A stretch of DNA of 61,029 bases, filler included, from Dugesia japonica (Eukaryota), in NCBI GenBank assembly GCA_001938525.1. It is 6 parts of 6 records of this genome, joined end to end, with 100 filler letters (N's around TTAATTAATTAA, not from the genome) between each part and the next. Parts side by side here need not be neighbours in the genome. Positions count along the whole stretch, not along the records: positions 17,586 to 27,945 come from MQRL01608613.1; positions 28,046 to 40,658 come from MQRL01592463.1; 4 more parts are not named here. One strand, written 5' to 3'. This document shows positions 24,991 through 38,634 of the stretch, one piece after another. Made by a program: the position numbers and the translations under genes. Position 1 is the stretch's first letter. Every line of letters starts with the position of its first letter. The notes under the pieces were generated by a model. That model searched no databases. It was not told where the DNA came from and worked only from the letters and a program-made list of their open reading frames with translations.

Positions 24991-27280
24991 TTTTGGATTT
25001 ACGGAAAACTTTTTATCTTTTTTTTAAAAAAACCGTCATTTTGAAAGATCCATTAAAATGAGTTTTTAAAGAATTTAATTGAAAAATAATATAGTATAAG
25101 AAAAACAATAAATTAATTTAATTCGTGAAGATTACATTTTATAACAAGATGAGATTTTTGTTCCTAACATCCTTAGTACACAAATTTCACTGTGTGCATT
25201 TACCGCATATATTCCTTTTGCATTTCAAACAAATATTATTAGTTTTTGTTATTTTTTACAGAACACGATTTGACGACAGGTTTTGTAAAATTTTGAATTG
25301 CTTTGTATTGGTGATAATGGACAAGAAAGTTGTTTTAATTCATTTTTATATTCAGCTGCAAGCTCTCTGCAGTCAATCGAAAGAGATAATCTTTTCGTGA
25401 TATATTTGTTCCAGTGCTTTCATTGTAATGTACCCTCACGATAATTGCAGTCAAATCTAAAATATTGTTAAAAACCTGTAGAGACCATCTGCGAGATCCT
25501 CCTTTTACGCTCTATTTTCGTACCATTTTGTCAAATACATCAAGTCCAAATATAGTTTTGTTATAAGGTTTAACAGTTGTTGAAAGTTAACAACTGACTT
25601 TAATTCTAAAAATAATTGTTGTTGTCAATGTTTACAAATTTATGTTTTGAACTCAAAATTCAAACCTTTTTACGAGATTTGGTTTGCATATTGTTTGAAC
25701 CCAGGACCCAGAATTATTGAGAAGAGTGGAGAATCGATTCATGTTATTTGTTTTTATTAATTTTTACCTCTTTAGTCAATTCCTTTCTGCTGTTTCGCAT
25801 AGTCTCAAATATTATACTTAAAAAAAACTAGTCGGTCACTATATTTTTTTCACATTCTATAAACATATCACTAAGTTTGAGAACTATGAATTTACTTAAA
25901 GGTAAAGCCACTCATGTTGACGTCTACCAGCAACCAAGATTTCATGCCAAACTTGTTCAGTTTTTTTGGCACGCATTACATTAACAGACATCTTGCCTTT
26001 TTTGGAACAATTATTCCTCAAAATTAATGTGTTTACCAGGTTTAAAACAAGTCTGATTATTTAAAAAAAAATTATCCCACAAATGGGAAACTAACGCATA
26101 CTTGTCAGTTTGTAGACATTAATTACGTTAAAAGCTCTGTCAAACCGAAGGCACTCAAGAAATGTGTCTCTTGACATAGTATAAGAAATTAATTAGGACC
26201 CCATTTCTTAGACGATAAATATGTTTTCAAAGATTTAGTTTAATAGACTCCTCAGACATAAAAACTGCAATGAAATCGCAGCATTGCCTTTGCTATTGTC
26301 AAATCTTTCTTAAATTTCTAAATGACTACATTTCAGAGCACTATTTCATGTAGTTTTTATATTTTTCAACATTTTCTCATCAATAATGAGGTAAAATGCA
26401 CTACTTAGATTGTCTAGCATAATCTTTCTCTTGGAGCGAGCAGTTGGTTCTGAAACATTAACACCTCCATCTTCTTGAATTGTTTTCCATAGCAGTTTCT
26501 GTTGTTTTGTTAAGATTTTCCAATTCATCCGAAATTCCCATATCTGTTTTATTCTCAGACTCTGAAAATATACGCATTTTTTTCTAATGTGAAATAAATT
26601 AATTTTTTTTCATTGCTTGAATGTTCAAAATCAATTCCTTCGTCAGAAACCAAATCGATCACAATGCCATTCCCACTTTCACATAATTCAAACTTTATTT
26701 ACATCAGAACTAGTATCAGGAGAGTACTCATTTATATCGATTATTTTATTTTTAGTAATTCAACAACTCAACGAGATTTCTTCATAATTATAGGGTTATT
26801 CACTTTAGAAAAATAAATAATTCATAAATTAATATTATTATTTAATTTCTCAATTAACCTTGAAATAAGATAATAATACTAAAATAAAGTGCAACTAACA
26901 AGATAACTATCAACTATAAAATATACTGTTCATCTAATCAATGTAATAACAAAATGTCAAATGAGAAATATTAGGGGAAATTAAAGTAGATCATATTAAA
27001 AAGAAAAGAAAGAAGAAATTCGAATTAAGAGATTTATTTATTAAGAGATTTATAAAATATCTGTTTTCTATTAACGATGTAATTAGGCAATACCGAAATA
27101 CTTATATTTGAAATTAGGAAGCCTTAATAAAAAAAGAATAATTCATGAAAAATAATTCATGTTTAAATCAATAAATAAATAATTTACACGGTTATTTTCA
27201 AAAAGAAAATATTTTATTTCCTTTGTTTTTGAATATAAAATTTAAAATCCGTCCAGTTGACAGGTTCCGTAAATTTAGTG
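24991..27280 (-). mobile_element. Degenerate full-length piggyBac (PGBD-type) transposon in a probable host intron
   Basis: TMSRDTF..LRFD, CFKPGKHI, KFGMKSW, YNKTIFGLDVFDKM..SRRW, C-terminal Cys cluster. Ends TTAA-TTTTGGATTTACGGA and reverse-complement CACTAAATTTACGGAACCTGTCAA. Confidence 0.85.
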
Positions 27281-28044
27281 TTGATAAAACACTTTCATAA
27301 ATTTTAACAAATAATAATAATTAGAATATTTTTTGTTTAAATGTAATATTAATTATTATAATAAATGAGAATACGTTGTAACAAATTTTGGAACACTTTT
27401 CATATAATTTTTAATACTATTAAATCTTCAGGTTTTAATTTTTTCTGATAAAATGTTGCATTATTTTGTAAAGGAATCTAGTGAAGAATATCTAATATAT
27501 ATTCTTAAATTTTTATCATGCTTATTTTAAAACTTCACATTTGTTATTTTTATAATTAGTTATTATATTATGCAGATTTATAATAATTATAATTAATTAA
27601 AGTATTACTGTTATGAATTCTTATTATGATGTAATAGTTAGATTGTTCACATGTCAGAGTAAATCGATGTTTATATAAATATTCCGATTAATCGAACAAA
27701 TTTATAAAAACCCGATTAATCGTTTTATATTTATTAACAAAACAACAATTTTTAAAGTGTCTTTAATTGCTCAAAATTATTTAACAAACTACGATATTTT
27801 CAAAATGTTGTTTAAATATTCAATTTAAAATTAAAATTTAGAAAAACTGATTATTTTTAACTTTTGCAAAAGTAAGTTCTAATTATAAAAATTAAACAAA
27901 TAATAATTGATTAATTATTTTTAAATTTATCCATGTCAGATAGAGNNNNNNNNNNNNNNNNNNNNNNNNNNNNNNNNNNNNNNNNNNNNTTAATTAATTA
28001 ANNNNNNNNNNNNNNNNNNNNNNNNNNNNNNNNNNNNNNNNNNN

Positions 28045-29050
28045 NTATGTATTCCAAATTGTATTTTTACACTCTTTATTTCTTCGATTATCTTCAATAA
28101 TTTATCTATTAAACTATCCTGTAAAATTATTAGTTTAATATTTAATTTGGACACGTCAAGTTTCAATATTTGATAACACTTATATAGGTCACTTTCTATA
28201 GTAGGTTCATTAAGAGAACCGCCAACTTGCGTATCTTCTTCATCTAAAAACTTTTGTAAAACTATATCTTCATTTCTTTCTTCCAAATCTATTTCATTTA
28301 TTTCTTCTATCATTTCAACATTACTCCAATCTGGTTTATCAATGACTTCTGGTTCCTTGATAACAATTACTTCTGGATCTAATTTTAATTTTTACATGGA
28401 ATTTCTTATAATATTTCCAATAGCAATTGTTTNNNNNNNNNNNNNNNNNNNNNNNNNNNNNNNNNNNNNNNNNNNNNNNNNNACATGTTTTTATTTCTTC
28501 ATCCTTGAAAAATTCCGTATGTATTCCAAATTGTATTTTTACACTCTTTATTTCTTCGATTATCTTCAATAATTTATCTGTTAAACTATCCGGTATAATT
28601 ATTTGTTTCATATTTAATTTGGATACGTCAAGTTTCAATATTTGATAACACTTATATAGGTCACTTACTATAGTAGGTTCATTAAGAGAACCGCCAACTT
28701 GTGTATCTTCTTCATCTAAAAGCTTTTGTAAAAGTAAATCTTTATCTCCTTCTTCTTCATTCATTTCTTATATCATTTCAACATTACTCCAATCTGGTTC
28801 ATCAATGACTTCTGGTTCCTCGATAACAATTACTTCTGGATCTAATTTTAATTTTTACATGGAATTTCTTATAATATTTCCAATAGCAATTGTTTTTTAT
28901 CAACGATAAAACATGTCAAATGATGTACATGCAACCTATAAAATGGATCATATGTACTTAAACCTAGTGTTGTGCATTCTTGGCATATAAAATATTTTCT
29001 ACCGTAATAAACCAGACTTTAGTATTTCTGCATCACTTTATAGCATTTAG
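28045..29050 (-). pseudogene. Polinton pPolB N-terminal region fragments (duplicated across a gap)
   Basis: QVGGS..SDLYKCYQILKLDVS..IIEEIKSVKIQFG is homologous to the segment upstream of pPolB motifs at 57500-57920. Confidence 0.7.
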
Positions 29051-29309
29051 CATTATGTATTGTATTAGTACAGTAGTTTTTTTGCAGTAAACGTTTATCT
29101 AAAGAAANNNNNNNNNNNNNNNNNNNNNNNNNNNNNNNNNNNNNNNNNNNNNNNNNNNNNNNNNNNNNNNNNNNNNNNNNNNNNNNNNTAAAATCATACT
29201 AAAAAGTAATGAAAACTTAAAAATATATATTTATCATTCATTAATATCAGTAAGTTAAATCATTGTGTTCAATTAAAATCATGAAATTAAGTAAAAATTA
29301 TTAATTTTA

Positions 29310-29530
29310 TAATTACAATTATTGTGAGATTAATTGTTGGACTTAACCATTGATCGGATTTGAGATTTCATTAAAATAAGATAAGGCTTCGATCAAAACA
29401 AAACAAAATTTATTTCTAAAAAAAGTTCAAATTTTCGACAATAGTCTTCTTCAGGAACATTGTCGAAAAAACTTTTTTTAGAAATAAATTTTGTTTTGTT
29501 TTGATCGAAGCCTTATCTTATTTTAATGAA
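29310..29530. repeat. Penelope-type terminal repeat with a near-perfect ~61-bp inverted repeat flanking a hammerhead
   Basis: Arms at 29367-29427 and 29470-29530. Confidence 0.85.
29425..29458 (-). ncRNA. Minimal type-I hammerhead ribozyme motif (best copy)
   Basis: GUUC-CUGAAGA-A-GAC UAUU GUC-GAAA-AUU-U-GAAC; stems I and II pair perfectly. Confidence 0.72.
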
Positions 29531-29774
29531 AAAATTATTAAGTTAAAATTTGATAAAATTATTTAAAGTTTAAATCATTACAATAAAAATTGTAATGGAA
29601 TTAATTTAATAATACACTACATATTTGATAATTTTATGTTTAATTTTAATCATTAAAATAAAAATTTATAATGATTATTAACTTAACAAGATAAATAAAA
29701 TCATTAAAATAAAAATTGTAATGAAATTATTGTCATGAAATCACACATCAATAACATAAAATCTAATTATTAAA

Positions 29775-30565
29775 TTAAAATGGAATAGTAACTGGAGACA
29801 CTAACAGTTTTTTCTTAGACGTTAGGAACATTAGACTGGAAAATTTATTGTCACTGATGGTAAAAGATCAACTATCAGATACTTCAAATTACTCGCAAGA
29901 TCACACTCTTTACAACTTAAAAACTCAATTCAGTAGTTGGAAAGTTTACTGCAAATGTACTTGCAATTAGGTGTGCAAGTTACAAATGTTCACAGGGCAG
30001 TTAGATTTTCACAAAATCATATTTTCAAGCAATATATCGATGAAAACACTAAATTATGGGCTGAAAGTGTGAAAGAATTGGATAAAATTTACTAAAGGCT
30101 CATGAACAACAGCTTGTATAGCAAATCAGTTGAAAATCTGAAGGAACGAATAAACCTGAGAATATATGTAATTCAGCAAAGATGTTAATGTTCTATACCT
30201 CAAAACCAGGGTTAAGGAGAACCATTAAGATCGATAAAGATTAAATAGAGGTACAACTAAATAAATACATTGCGCGTCCCAATAGACCTAGCTACATAAG
30301 AGAGACATTTCTTGATTTAAGCAAATTAAGAATGTACCAGCTTCAATAAATTGTGAGATAGGTACGGACATTAATCATCAGTCGTACATTGATTGTTACA
30401 ATAACAATCAATTGGTCTCAGTAAAACAATTTAGAAAAGGAACGAAAAACCACCAGTTGTACAGTTTCTTAGAACCAAAAGTTGCATTAACAAATAATGA
30501 TGACAAAAGAGTGTGGACTGATAAAAAGATAAGCATATCATACGACCATTATTCTATCTTGTAAT
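29775..30565 (+). pseudogene. Polinton protein-primed DNA polymerase B C-terminal relic
   Basis: GDTNSFF..DTSNYSQDHTLY; LGVQVTNVHRAVRFSQ..YIDENT..RLMNNSLYSKSVEN; LDLSKLRMY; KVALTNNDDKR..YDHY. Confidence 0.88.
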
Positions 30566-31429
30566 AAATAAGACTTGGATGAAAAGAAGCGCATGTACAG
30601 GTAAATTATTTTGTTATCTGGAATTATTAATTTTTACCATTAAGATCAAATTCGCAATAAAGATCCATATATTGAAATGATTATAAATAATGTAATGCCT
30701 GTGAGTATCTGTGTGTTATAGACAATAAATNNNNNNNNNNNNNNNNNNNNNNNNNNNNNNNNNNNNNNNNNNNNNNNNNNAACCACCAGTTGTACAGTTT
30801 CTTAGAACCAAAAGTTGCATTAACAAATAATGATGACAAAAGAGTGTGGACTGATAAAAAGATAAGCATATCATACGACCATTATTCTATCTTGTAATAA
30901 ATAAGACTTGGATGAAAAGAAGCGCATGTACAGGTAAATTATTTTGTTATCTGGAATTATTAATTTTTACCATTAAGATCAAATTCGCAATAAAGATCCA
31001 TATATTGAAATGATTATAAATAATGTAATGCCTGTGAGTATCTGTGTGTTATAGACAATAAATTTTATGTTTTGACGTGTTTTGATTTTTTTATTATTAT
31101 TATTGTTAGTAATATTGCTTTAGACTCACTTATGTTAAACAAAAAGGTTAACCGCCCAGGCACAATATTAAAAACTGCAAAAATAATATTGAGGGAAAAA
31201 ACCGGCCGAAAAAAACTTTACCTTAATGGGGATGGGTGTTCTAGGGCACCACTATCTACCTAATGACATAATTGAACACCGCTACAATTGTTTAAAAAAC
31301 AATCATCGTCAATAATTGACTAGACTCAGATCATCGAAATGGTCAGGAATTCCAAGGCAACTGTTTATTATTCAATACATGAAAATTTTAAAATATTATT
31401 TATCACATTTTTGTTTCCTTTTTTTGACC

Positions 31430-31610
31430 ATAATAATGGAAACTTTAAATAACTTTGACCATATAATTATGGAACCTGTAATCATCATAGATCATATAAT
31501 TATGGAATCTTTAATAATCATAGATCATATAATTATGGAATCTGTAATAATCATAGATCATATAACTATGGAACCATTTAATAATATTGACCATATATTA
31601 ATGAAACCTT
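31430..31610. repeat. 30-bp tandem array (GATCATATAATTATGGAA...), about 6 units
   Basis: Direct inspection; produces the repetitive ORF 31316-31633. Confidence 0.85.
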
Positions 31611-32939
31611 TTATTTACATAAATTTAAATTAGTATTTAAAAATATAATTAAAATTTCATTTAAATTAACATATAAAGAAAATAATAATTAAATTCTTCA
31701 TTTTTTAATTTCAAATACAATTTGGTAAATATAAAATTAAACAATCGATAAATATATTGATTGTTTAATTTTTATTACTTAAGGAATTTGAAATTAAAAA
31801 ATGAAAATTTTAATTTCATATTACTATAAATTCTATAATAAAAATTATGGTTACATGAAATTAAGCGAGCAATATATTTATTGATTGTTTAATTTCATAT
31901 TATCATAATTCTAATTATTATAATTATGGTAATATAAATATAAATATTTAAAAGTTAATTTATTATTAGTTACGATGTATTAATTTACATAGTTACCATG
32001 GGTTATTGTTATATTTTAGTGGTTTGAGTTGTTTTAAAAATTCCCAGGCACGTGAAATTTTGTATGTTGCAACTGTGTTTCATTCCTATTAAAATATTCA
32101 TAATTTTAGAAGTTAAAAAAAAATTTCTGAGCAAATTATTTTGTATGTTGCATGCAAAAATGACTTTCAAGTATATTTTTAATGGTTTTTTATGAGATTA
32201 AAAATTATTAGACATGTGATTAAAAATTATTTTATATGTGATTTTGTTGCTCATGTGTTGCATCCGAGTTGCATTAATATGTTTAGTATATATTAGTGGT
32301 TTGAATAGTTTAAAAAATTCAAAGGGTCAAATTTTGTGTTACAATTATGATGCAACCCTATTGTAAGTATATATATTTATTACTTATAAAAAAATAACTA
32401 AAGGGGGGGAGTCTTTGTGTATTTTTATTATAAATTATGAAAAGAGCTGAGTTCATGTATATTATGATAAAGTAATCAAAAAGGAAATTCTTTGTTTTTT
32501 TAAAAAACAAATTCAAAAAGTGTAAAACTTTTATAAAAAGAAATCATTCGCGTAGAACTTTAATATAATAATTTATTACCGTGCAACTTTTATTAAAAAA
32601 ATTCAAAGAGTGGAATCTTTGTGATATTTTCATCTTCAATAGTTTTTTCTTCATTTATTTCTTCATTAATATTGAATTTTCCGTTATCATTGGCTTCCAT
32701 TATATTTTCTATTCCTTCATGGTTATTGTCATTTTCAAGTCCTTCCTCACCTTGGACAGTATTTTCAAAATATATTTCATAAGTATTCATTTTGTAAAAA
32801 GTGAATTTATTTTAAAAAAACAAATTTTGTTTTATATAAACACGGTAACCAATCATATCAATTATAGTAAATATTAACCAATAGGAACTCACAAATAACG
32901 AGTATGTGTGTATCGCAACTAGACGAAAAAACTTAGTTA

Positions 32940-33950
32940 TCATGTTTTATTTACATAGCAACCGTGCATTATAAGGACCATGAGTGTATTATGACATAGT
33001 AACCCTGTATCATAGGGTTTATTAGTATAATATTTGCATAGTTACCTTGTATTATTTACAAAGCAATGTATTATAAAGATTATGAGTGTATTAATACAAA
33101 GTAACCCTGTATTATAGGGTTTATGAGTATATTATTTGTATTATTTACATGCAACAATGTATTATCAGGATCATGAGTTTATTATTTACATAGTTACCTT
33201 GTATTATCTACATAGCAACCATGCAATATAAGGATTATGAATGTATTTATACAAAATAACCCTGTATTAAAGGGTCTATGAGTAGTTTATGGGTTGTTAA
33301 GTATATTATAGAGTTTATGAGTATAATATTTACATATTTACTATGTAATATAATGTTTACGAGTATACTATTTGCTTAGGTACTATGTAATATTTACATA
33401 ACAACAGTTTAATATATGGTTTTTGTGTCTATTCTTTGCATAGTTAACTTGTATTATTTACATAGCAACCACGTAAAATAAGGTTTATAAGTGTATAGGG
33501 TTTATGAGTGTGAAAAATTTCATATATATCCTAAAATTATTATAGAAATACCTTCAATGTCTATATAAAAATTACATGTTTGTATGAATATAAGGTTTAT
33601 GACTGTATTATTTATATATTTACTTATATTATTTACAAAACAAAGGAGTAATATATAAATTATGAGTGTATAAGATTATGAGATTAACAATTTTCCATTT
33701 ATATATAACTAAAGATTACTGTAAAAATACCTTAAAAGCCTATAAAAACTTATAAGTAAATGCTTTATGAAAGTGTAAGGTTATGATTGTATATGGTTTA
33801 TGAGTGTGGGACATTTTCTTATAAATAACTTAAAATAACTGTATAAATGCCTTATAAGTAAATATGTTTAGGAATTTATAAGAGTTTTGTGTGTATAGGG
33901 CTTATGAGTGAGAAACATTTGCATATATATGTATATATATGTAACTCAAA
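32940..33950 (-). repeat. Complex tandem array, reverse complement of 8040-8670
   Basis: TTACATAGCAACC / GGTTTATGAGT subunits. Confidence 0.88.
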
Positions 33951-36900
33951 ATTACCATAGAAATACTTATAATTAAATATTTTTATGACTGTATAGGGTT
34001 TATGTTTATATTAAAAAACAAAATGAGCTTTCATACAGCCAAACCATGTCAATTTAAAGTCAAAAGTGATAAATTTACTAATATATTCTTTAAATCAGGA
34101 AAATATAGAATAATGTGTAGTAAGAAACCATTGAACAACATGATTTGAACCATATGATGTAAAAAATTTACAATTACAGTCACTAACAATTGTCATCAAT
34201 ATGAGAGTTTCAATAAATATGTATAAACTATAAAGAATAGTCAACTGTTGATTTGANCCAGAGTTATTTCCTTCTCTAAGACTTGTAAAATATGACACTT
34301 TATGTGTAAATGTGTTATCAACAGGAATAATAGTGATGCATGGTCTATAAAATATGCATTTTCAGGGATATGTGGATAACATTACTTTAGATTTATTCAA
34401 TTTAATTGAAAAGATTTAGAAAATTTACAACATGGATGCCAAACGTTTACAATTCATGTACAAAAAATATAACTTTTTAAAGCTAATCGAAATTTCCATA
34501 ATATTTTTATTAATTTTTGAAAACTTCCATAAACATTTTAATTATCGTTGAAAAATGACATGGAACTACGTTTTGATCAGTGAAAATCGACACAGGCCTT
34601 TAAAGCACTGTTGAAAATTTACTAGAAACGTTGCAAAAACTAGTCAAAAATTACACGAACTTTTCTAAAACTAGTCAGAATTTCTGCAAACGTTTTTAAA
34701 GCCAGTTAAAATTTACATAAACCTTTCTTTACTTATTACTCTAATACTAAAGAATTGAGTCAAATATTAATACGCTTGAGTAGAAAATCTAAACATACAC
34801 AATACTTACCAACAGCTCTTAAAATATAAAATACTCGCTACCAAAAGCTCTAAACATATGCGAAACGCGCTATCAATAACACTTACCATATTCAATACTC
34901 GCTATCATCATTTTGTCTATTGATTATTCAATTAATGGTTTGATCTACTCATTATTTATTCTTATAGTCTAAAAAAATCAAACAGCACATTTAAGATCAA
35001 TAAAAAGCGAGACTCATAAAGAGTTACAGAATAAAATGTAATGCAATAAATGTAATCTTTTTCAATTTCAAAAATTTGTGATTCGGATTTTTAAGGCAAA
35101 TCTTTTAGCACCTGTGTAATATTATAAAGGAAAATGTGACAAAACTTGTATAAATAATATCTAGACCATACAAATCATTACACCCAATACAGTCAATAAA
35201 CCTAGTATATTCAATGAACTCAATACATTCAATTCATTTACGTATTTGACTTACATATTGTATTCAATGGTTTTATTTATTTTAATTTTATAGTTCAAGT
35301 TAAGCAATGCAGTCACTTAATTCATTGAAGATGTTTAATTTGTTACATTAGACATAGACCTTTAAGCAATAGTTACTATTTTCATTTGAGTTGTTCACCC
35401 AAATTCTCGTAAATATTTTATTTATTTTTAAAAGATTTGAATTATTTAAACCAATTCTTCTATTTCCCAAAGAATTTCCGCAAGGAATTTTAACCAAACA
35501 GACCAACCCGAGAAGATTATTGCCCAAAATTACCCTAAAATAAACCTTCTAGAAGAATTTCCTTAACTAATCATCCAAAAATTTAAATAATTCGGTAAAC
35601 TCTAATATGACCCCTGCGTTGTCCATGCTTTATATTCATATTAAATATAGATTTTCTGAGTTAACATTAATATCAAGCTACGTTACCTTTACATAAATAA
35701 TTTAAAATAAAATCAAGATCTCTATCGAGCAGTTTCTTATGGATCTTAATTTGAAAACTCGTGGTACTNNNNNNNNNNNNNNNNNNNNNNNNNNNNNNNN
35801 NNNNNNNNNNNNTTAATTAAAAAATTTACGCTTTTTAATATAGTTTTACATTTTGTTTTAATTAATAATCATCAAATGTGTTTTATGTTAAATAAGCTAA
35901 AATATAACTGCAAATGTTTGAAACAAAAAAATATTTTATGNNNNNNNNNNNNNNNNNNNNNNNNNNNNNNNNNNNNNNNNNNNNNNNNNNTCTATCGAGC
36001 AGTTTCTTATGGATCTTAATTTGAAAACTCGTGGTACTATAAAACAGATTTAGTTTGCATTTTACATTTTACAGACATTAACTTAATTAAAAAATTTACG
36101 CTTTTTAATATAGTTTTACATTTTGTTTTAATTAATAATCATCAAATGTGTTTTATGTTAAATAAGCTAAAATATAACTGCAAATGTTTGAAACAAAAAA
36201 ATATTTTATGTAGCATTTTAACTGTTTTTTTTTCATATAAAAAATAAAAAAATAGCAAATGACATGAAGCAAAATAATAAAGCGACTGAAAATTGGAAAT
36301 TTTGCATTTAAGTTTTATTAAAACAAATTTAATTGAATTGTACATTTCTAATGTTTTTTATATGAATTAAAATTTTTACATTTTCTACTATTTCTTTCGT
36401 GGCAGTTGTCAGTGGATACTAATTCTCTCTAAAGTAAAAGAAGTTAAAATGATTACAAAATATGTGTTTATAGAATATTTCTTAAAATTCCACAAGTAAA
36501 TATTCCCTATGAAATAACAACGCAATACAATTTACCATAATTAATTTTTTTAATAAATGTATTGAATCCAAATTCAAGAAGAATTGTCAATAAAGACCTG
36601 TATAAACCATAAAATTTGGATTAATTGATTCCTTTAGGATAACTAAAAACAATAGTAAATAATAAAATTAATAAAAATATAAAACATACTTTTATCGTCA
36701 CTAAATAAATTTTCTTTCTTGATGTCCTTTAATACGTATATTTCTTCATCTTCTTTAACATTTAAATTTTCAGACAATATTTGTAATACGCTTTTGAAAA
36801 CACAATTAATAATGAATGTAATATATTATATATTCATGATAAAAAATTGCAACGTAATATATTAATTATTAGAAAATTAATTATCTAAATTAAAATTTAA

Positions 36901-37404
36901 ATTTTTGTACTTGAATTGTATTTGTCTTGCATCTGTGTAGCGAATTTTCTTAACTTTTCCAACCAAATTGAGTAAATATGATTAATTATTATCTACATAT
37001 CTTCGAAAATTCAAATTTTAAAGTATTACTAGTTTTCCTGTTGATAACACATTTACACATAAAAAACTATACTTTACCAATCTTAAAGCAAGAAATAACT
37101 CTGGTTTAAATATAAAGTTTGATATTTTGGCTAATTTATACGAATTTATTACAACTCCCATATACATAATATTATAAGAGTTCTGAAAGACTAATTATAA
37201 GGTTCTACTATTCGAGATTTTTGACATTCAAAATTGTATAGTAAAAGTATACTTGTAACGTGAAATGACATTTTTTACATATTCAAAATCTCATTTTCTT
37301 GCAACACTTTATCTCTGAAATTCATATTATTATCATAATTATTGAATTAATGAGGGACATTGGGGTTTTAACGGAATTAATTATTAATATTTTTTAAAAA
37401 CAAT

Positions 37405-38030
37405 ATGAAAAAATTAAGAAATGATGGAGTCTATCAAATTGTTGAACNNNNNNNNNNNNGGAGAACTTGGTTTGTTCGTAAATTATCAAAATCAGATTTG
37501 TTCAAGTCGAAATTTAAAAACATATACTAACATAGAGGCGAAGATGAAGAGAATGGACTGACTCAATATAAATTTTGAAATATTAATATGAAATAAATGA
37601 TTACGATAAATGATTTCGATAAAAATTGGAGCACAAGATTGCGACAAGGTGATGTTAATGTTGTTGACGATTTGTATCAGGAAGCAAATAAAGAAAGCGT
37701 TTTCAATAATTTATTCATAAAAATATTGAGACATCGTAATGTGACTGTACTTTATATTACTCCAATTCTATTTCATCAAAGAGGTCGTCATAGAACCCGC
37801 AATTTAAATTTTTAATACTTAGTTCTATTCAAAAATCCTAGAGGTCAAACTGTTGTTGATTTCCTAGCAAGACAAGCATATCAAAATAACAGACAATTTC
37901 TTATTGAATAATTTCAAAATGCGACAGAAAACCCACATGGATATTTATTTCTTGACTTTACACAACAATGTCCACATGGCCATAGAGTGAGAACTGATAT
38001 ATTCAATCCCAATTGTGTCACAGTATATTA
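37405..38030 (+). pseudogene. Polinton A32/FtsK-like packaging ATPase
   Basis: Walker A region masked by Ns (..RTWFVRK); Walker B VVDDL; LFIKILRHRNVTVLYIT; YLVLFKNPR..FLARQ; PHGYLFLDF..RVRTDIF. Confidence 0.9.
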
Positions 38031-38289
38031 ACACAAAATGTAATTTTCTTAATATTATAAAAATGACAAAAAATTACAGAAATTTTAAGTCGATCAAGTA
38101 ACGGATGATGGTGTTAAACTTTATGAAAAAAATGTATCGAAAAAAGAGAAAACAATCACGTAAAAAACATCATGTAAATAAAAAACCTCGACTAAATAAA
38201 AGTAAGCAATTGAATTGGATTAAAAAACTGGCTAAGAGAAACTGAGAATGATTAATATATATCATTATAAAAAATGGTATGTATTACTT

Positions 38290-38605
38290 TAATAAATATG
38301 AAATTGAGAAGAAGTATTTACCGCATTGATTAAATCATCCAAATACTCGAGAATGAGAATTTTACAATCATTCTCACCAAATGTTAAAGATTATTTACTA
38401 GAGATTATTATAAACCTTGTTCGTGGTAATATATATTTGAGTGTGGCTAAAAGAAAGCATTGAAAAAACATTAAAATACATTATTAACTCTTGTAAATAC
38501 AAAAATAGGAAATTGATGAGACGAGTAATTAATAATCAAAGGGTAGCTTTATTGCAGCATTACTACCAATTGCATAAGCTGCATTAGGCTTAACTCATTT
38601 CAAAT
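38290..38605 (+). pseudogene. Small Polinton core-like gene
   Basis: LEIIINLVRGNI.L and Q.GSFIAALLPIA-type C-terminus between the ATPase and integrase. Confidence 0.5.
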
Positions 38606-38634
38606 AAACCTGAATTTTGCCTCAAATTGTTATA

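Noticed and set aside
28045-28895. Two separate pPolB N-terminal genes
   Set aside because: Near-identical blocks flank an N gap; could be haplotypes or collapsed copies and cannot be resolved
30449-31062. Tandem duplication of the pPolB end
   Set aside because: Apparently identical copies either side of a 50-N gap; most likely unmerged contig overlap (same at 35720-36210)
7928-33950. One giant Polinton bounded by the inverted satellites at 8.0 and 33 kb
   Set aside because: The span crosses three artificial linkers and contains host exons and Polinton pieces in conflicting orientations
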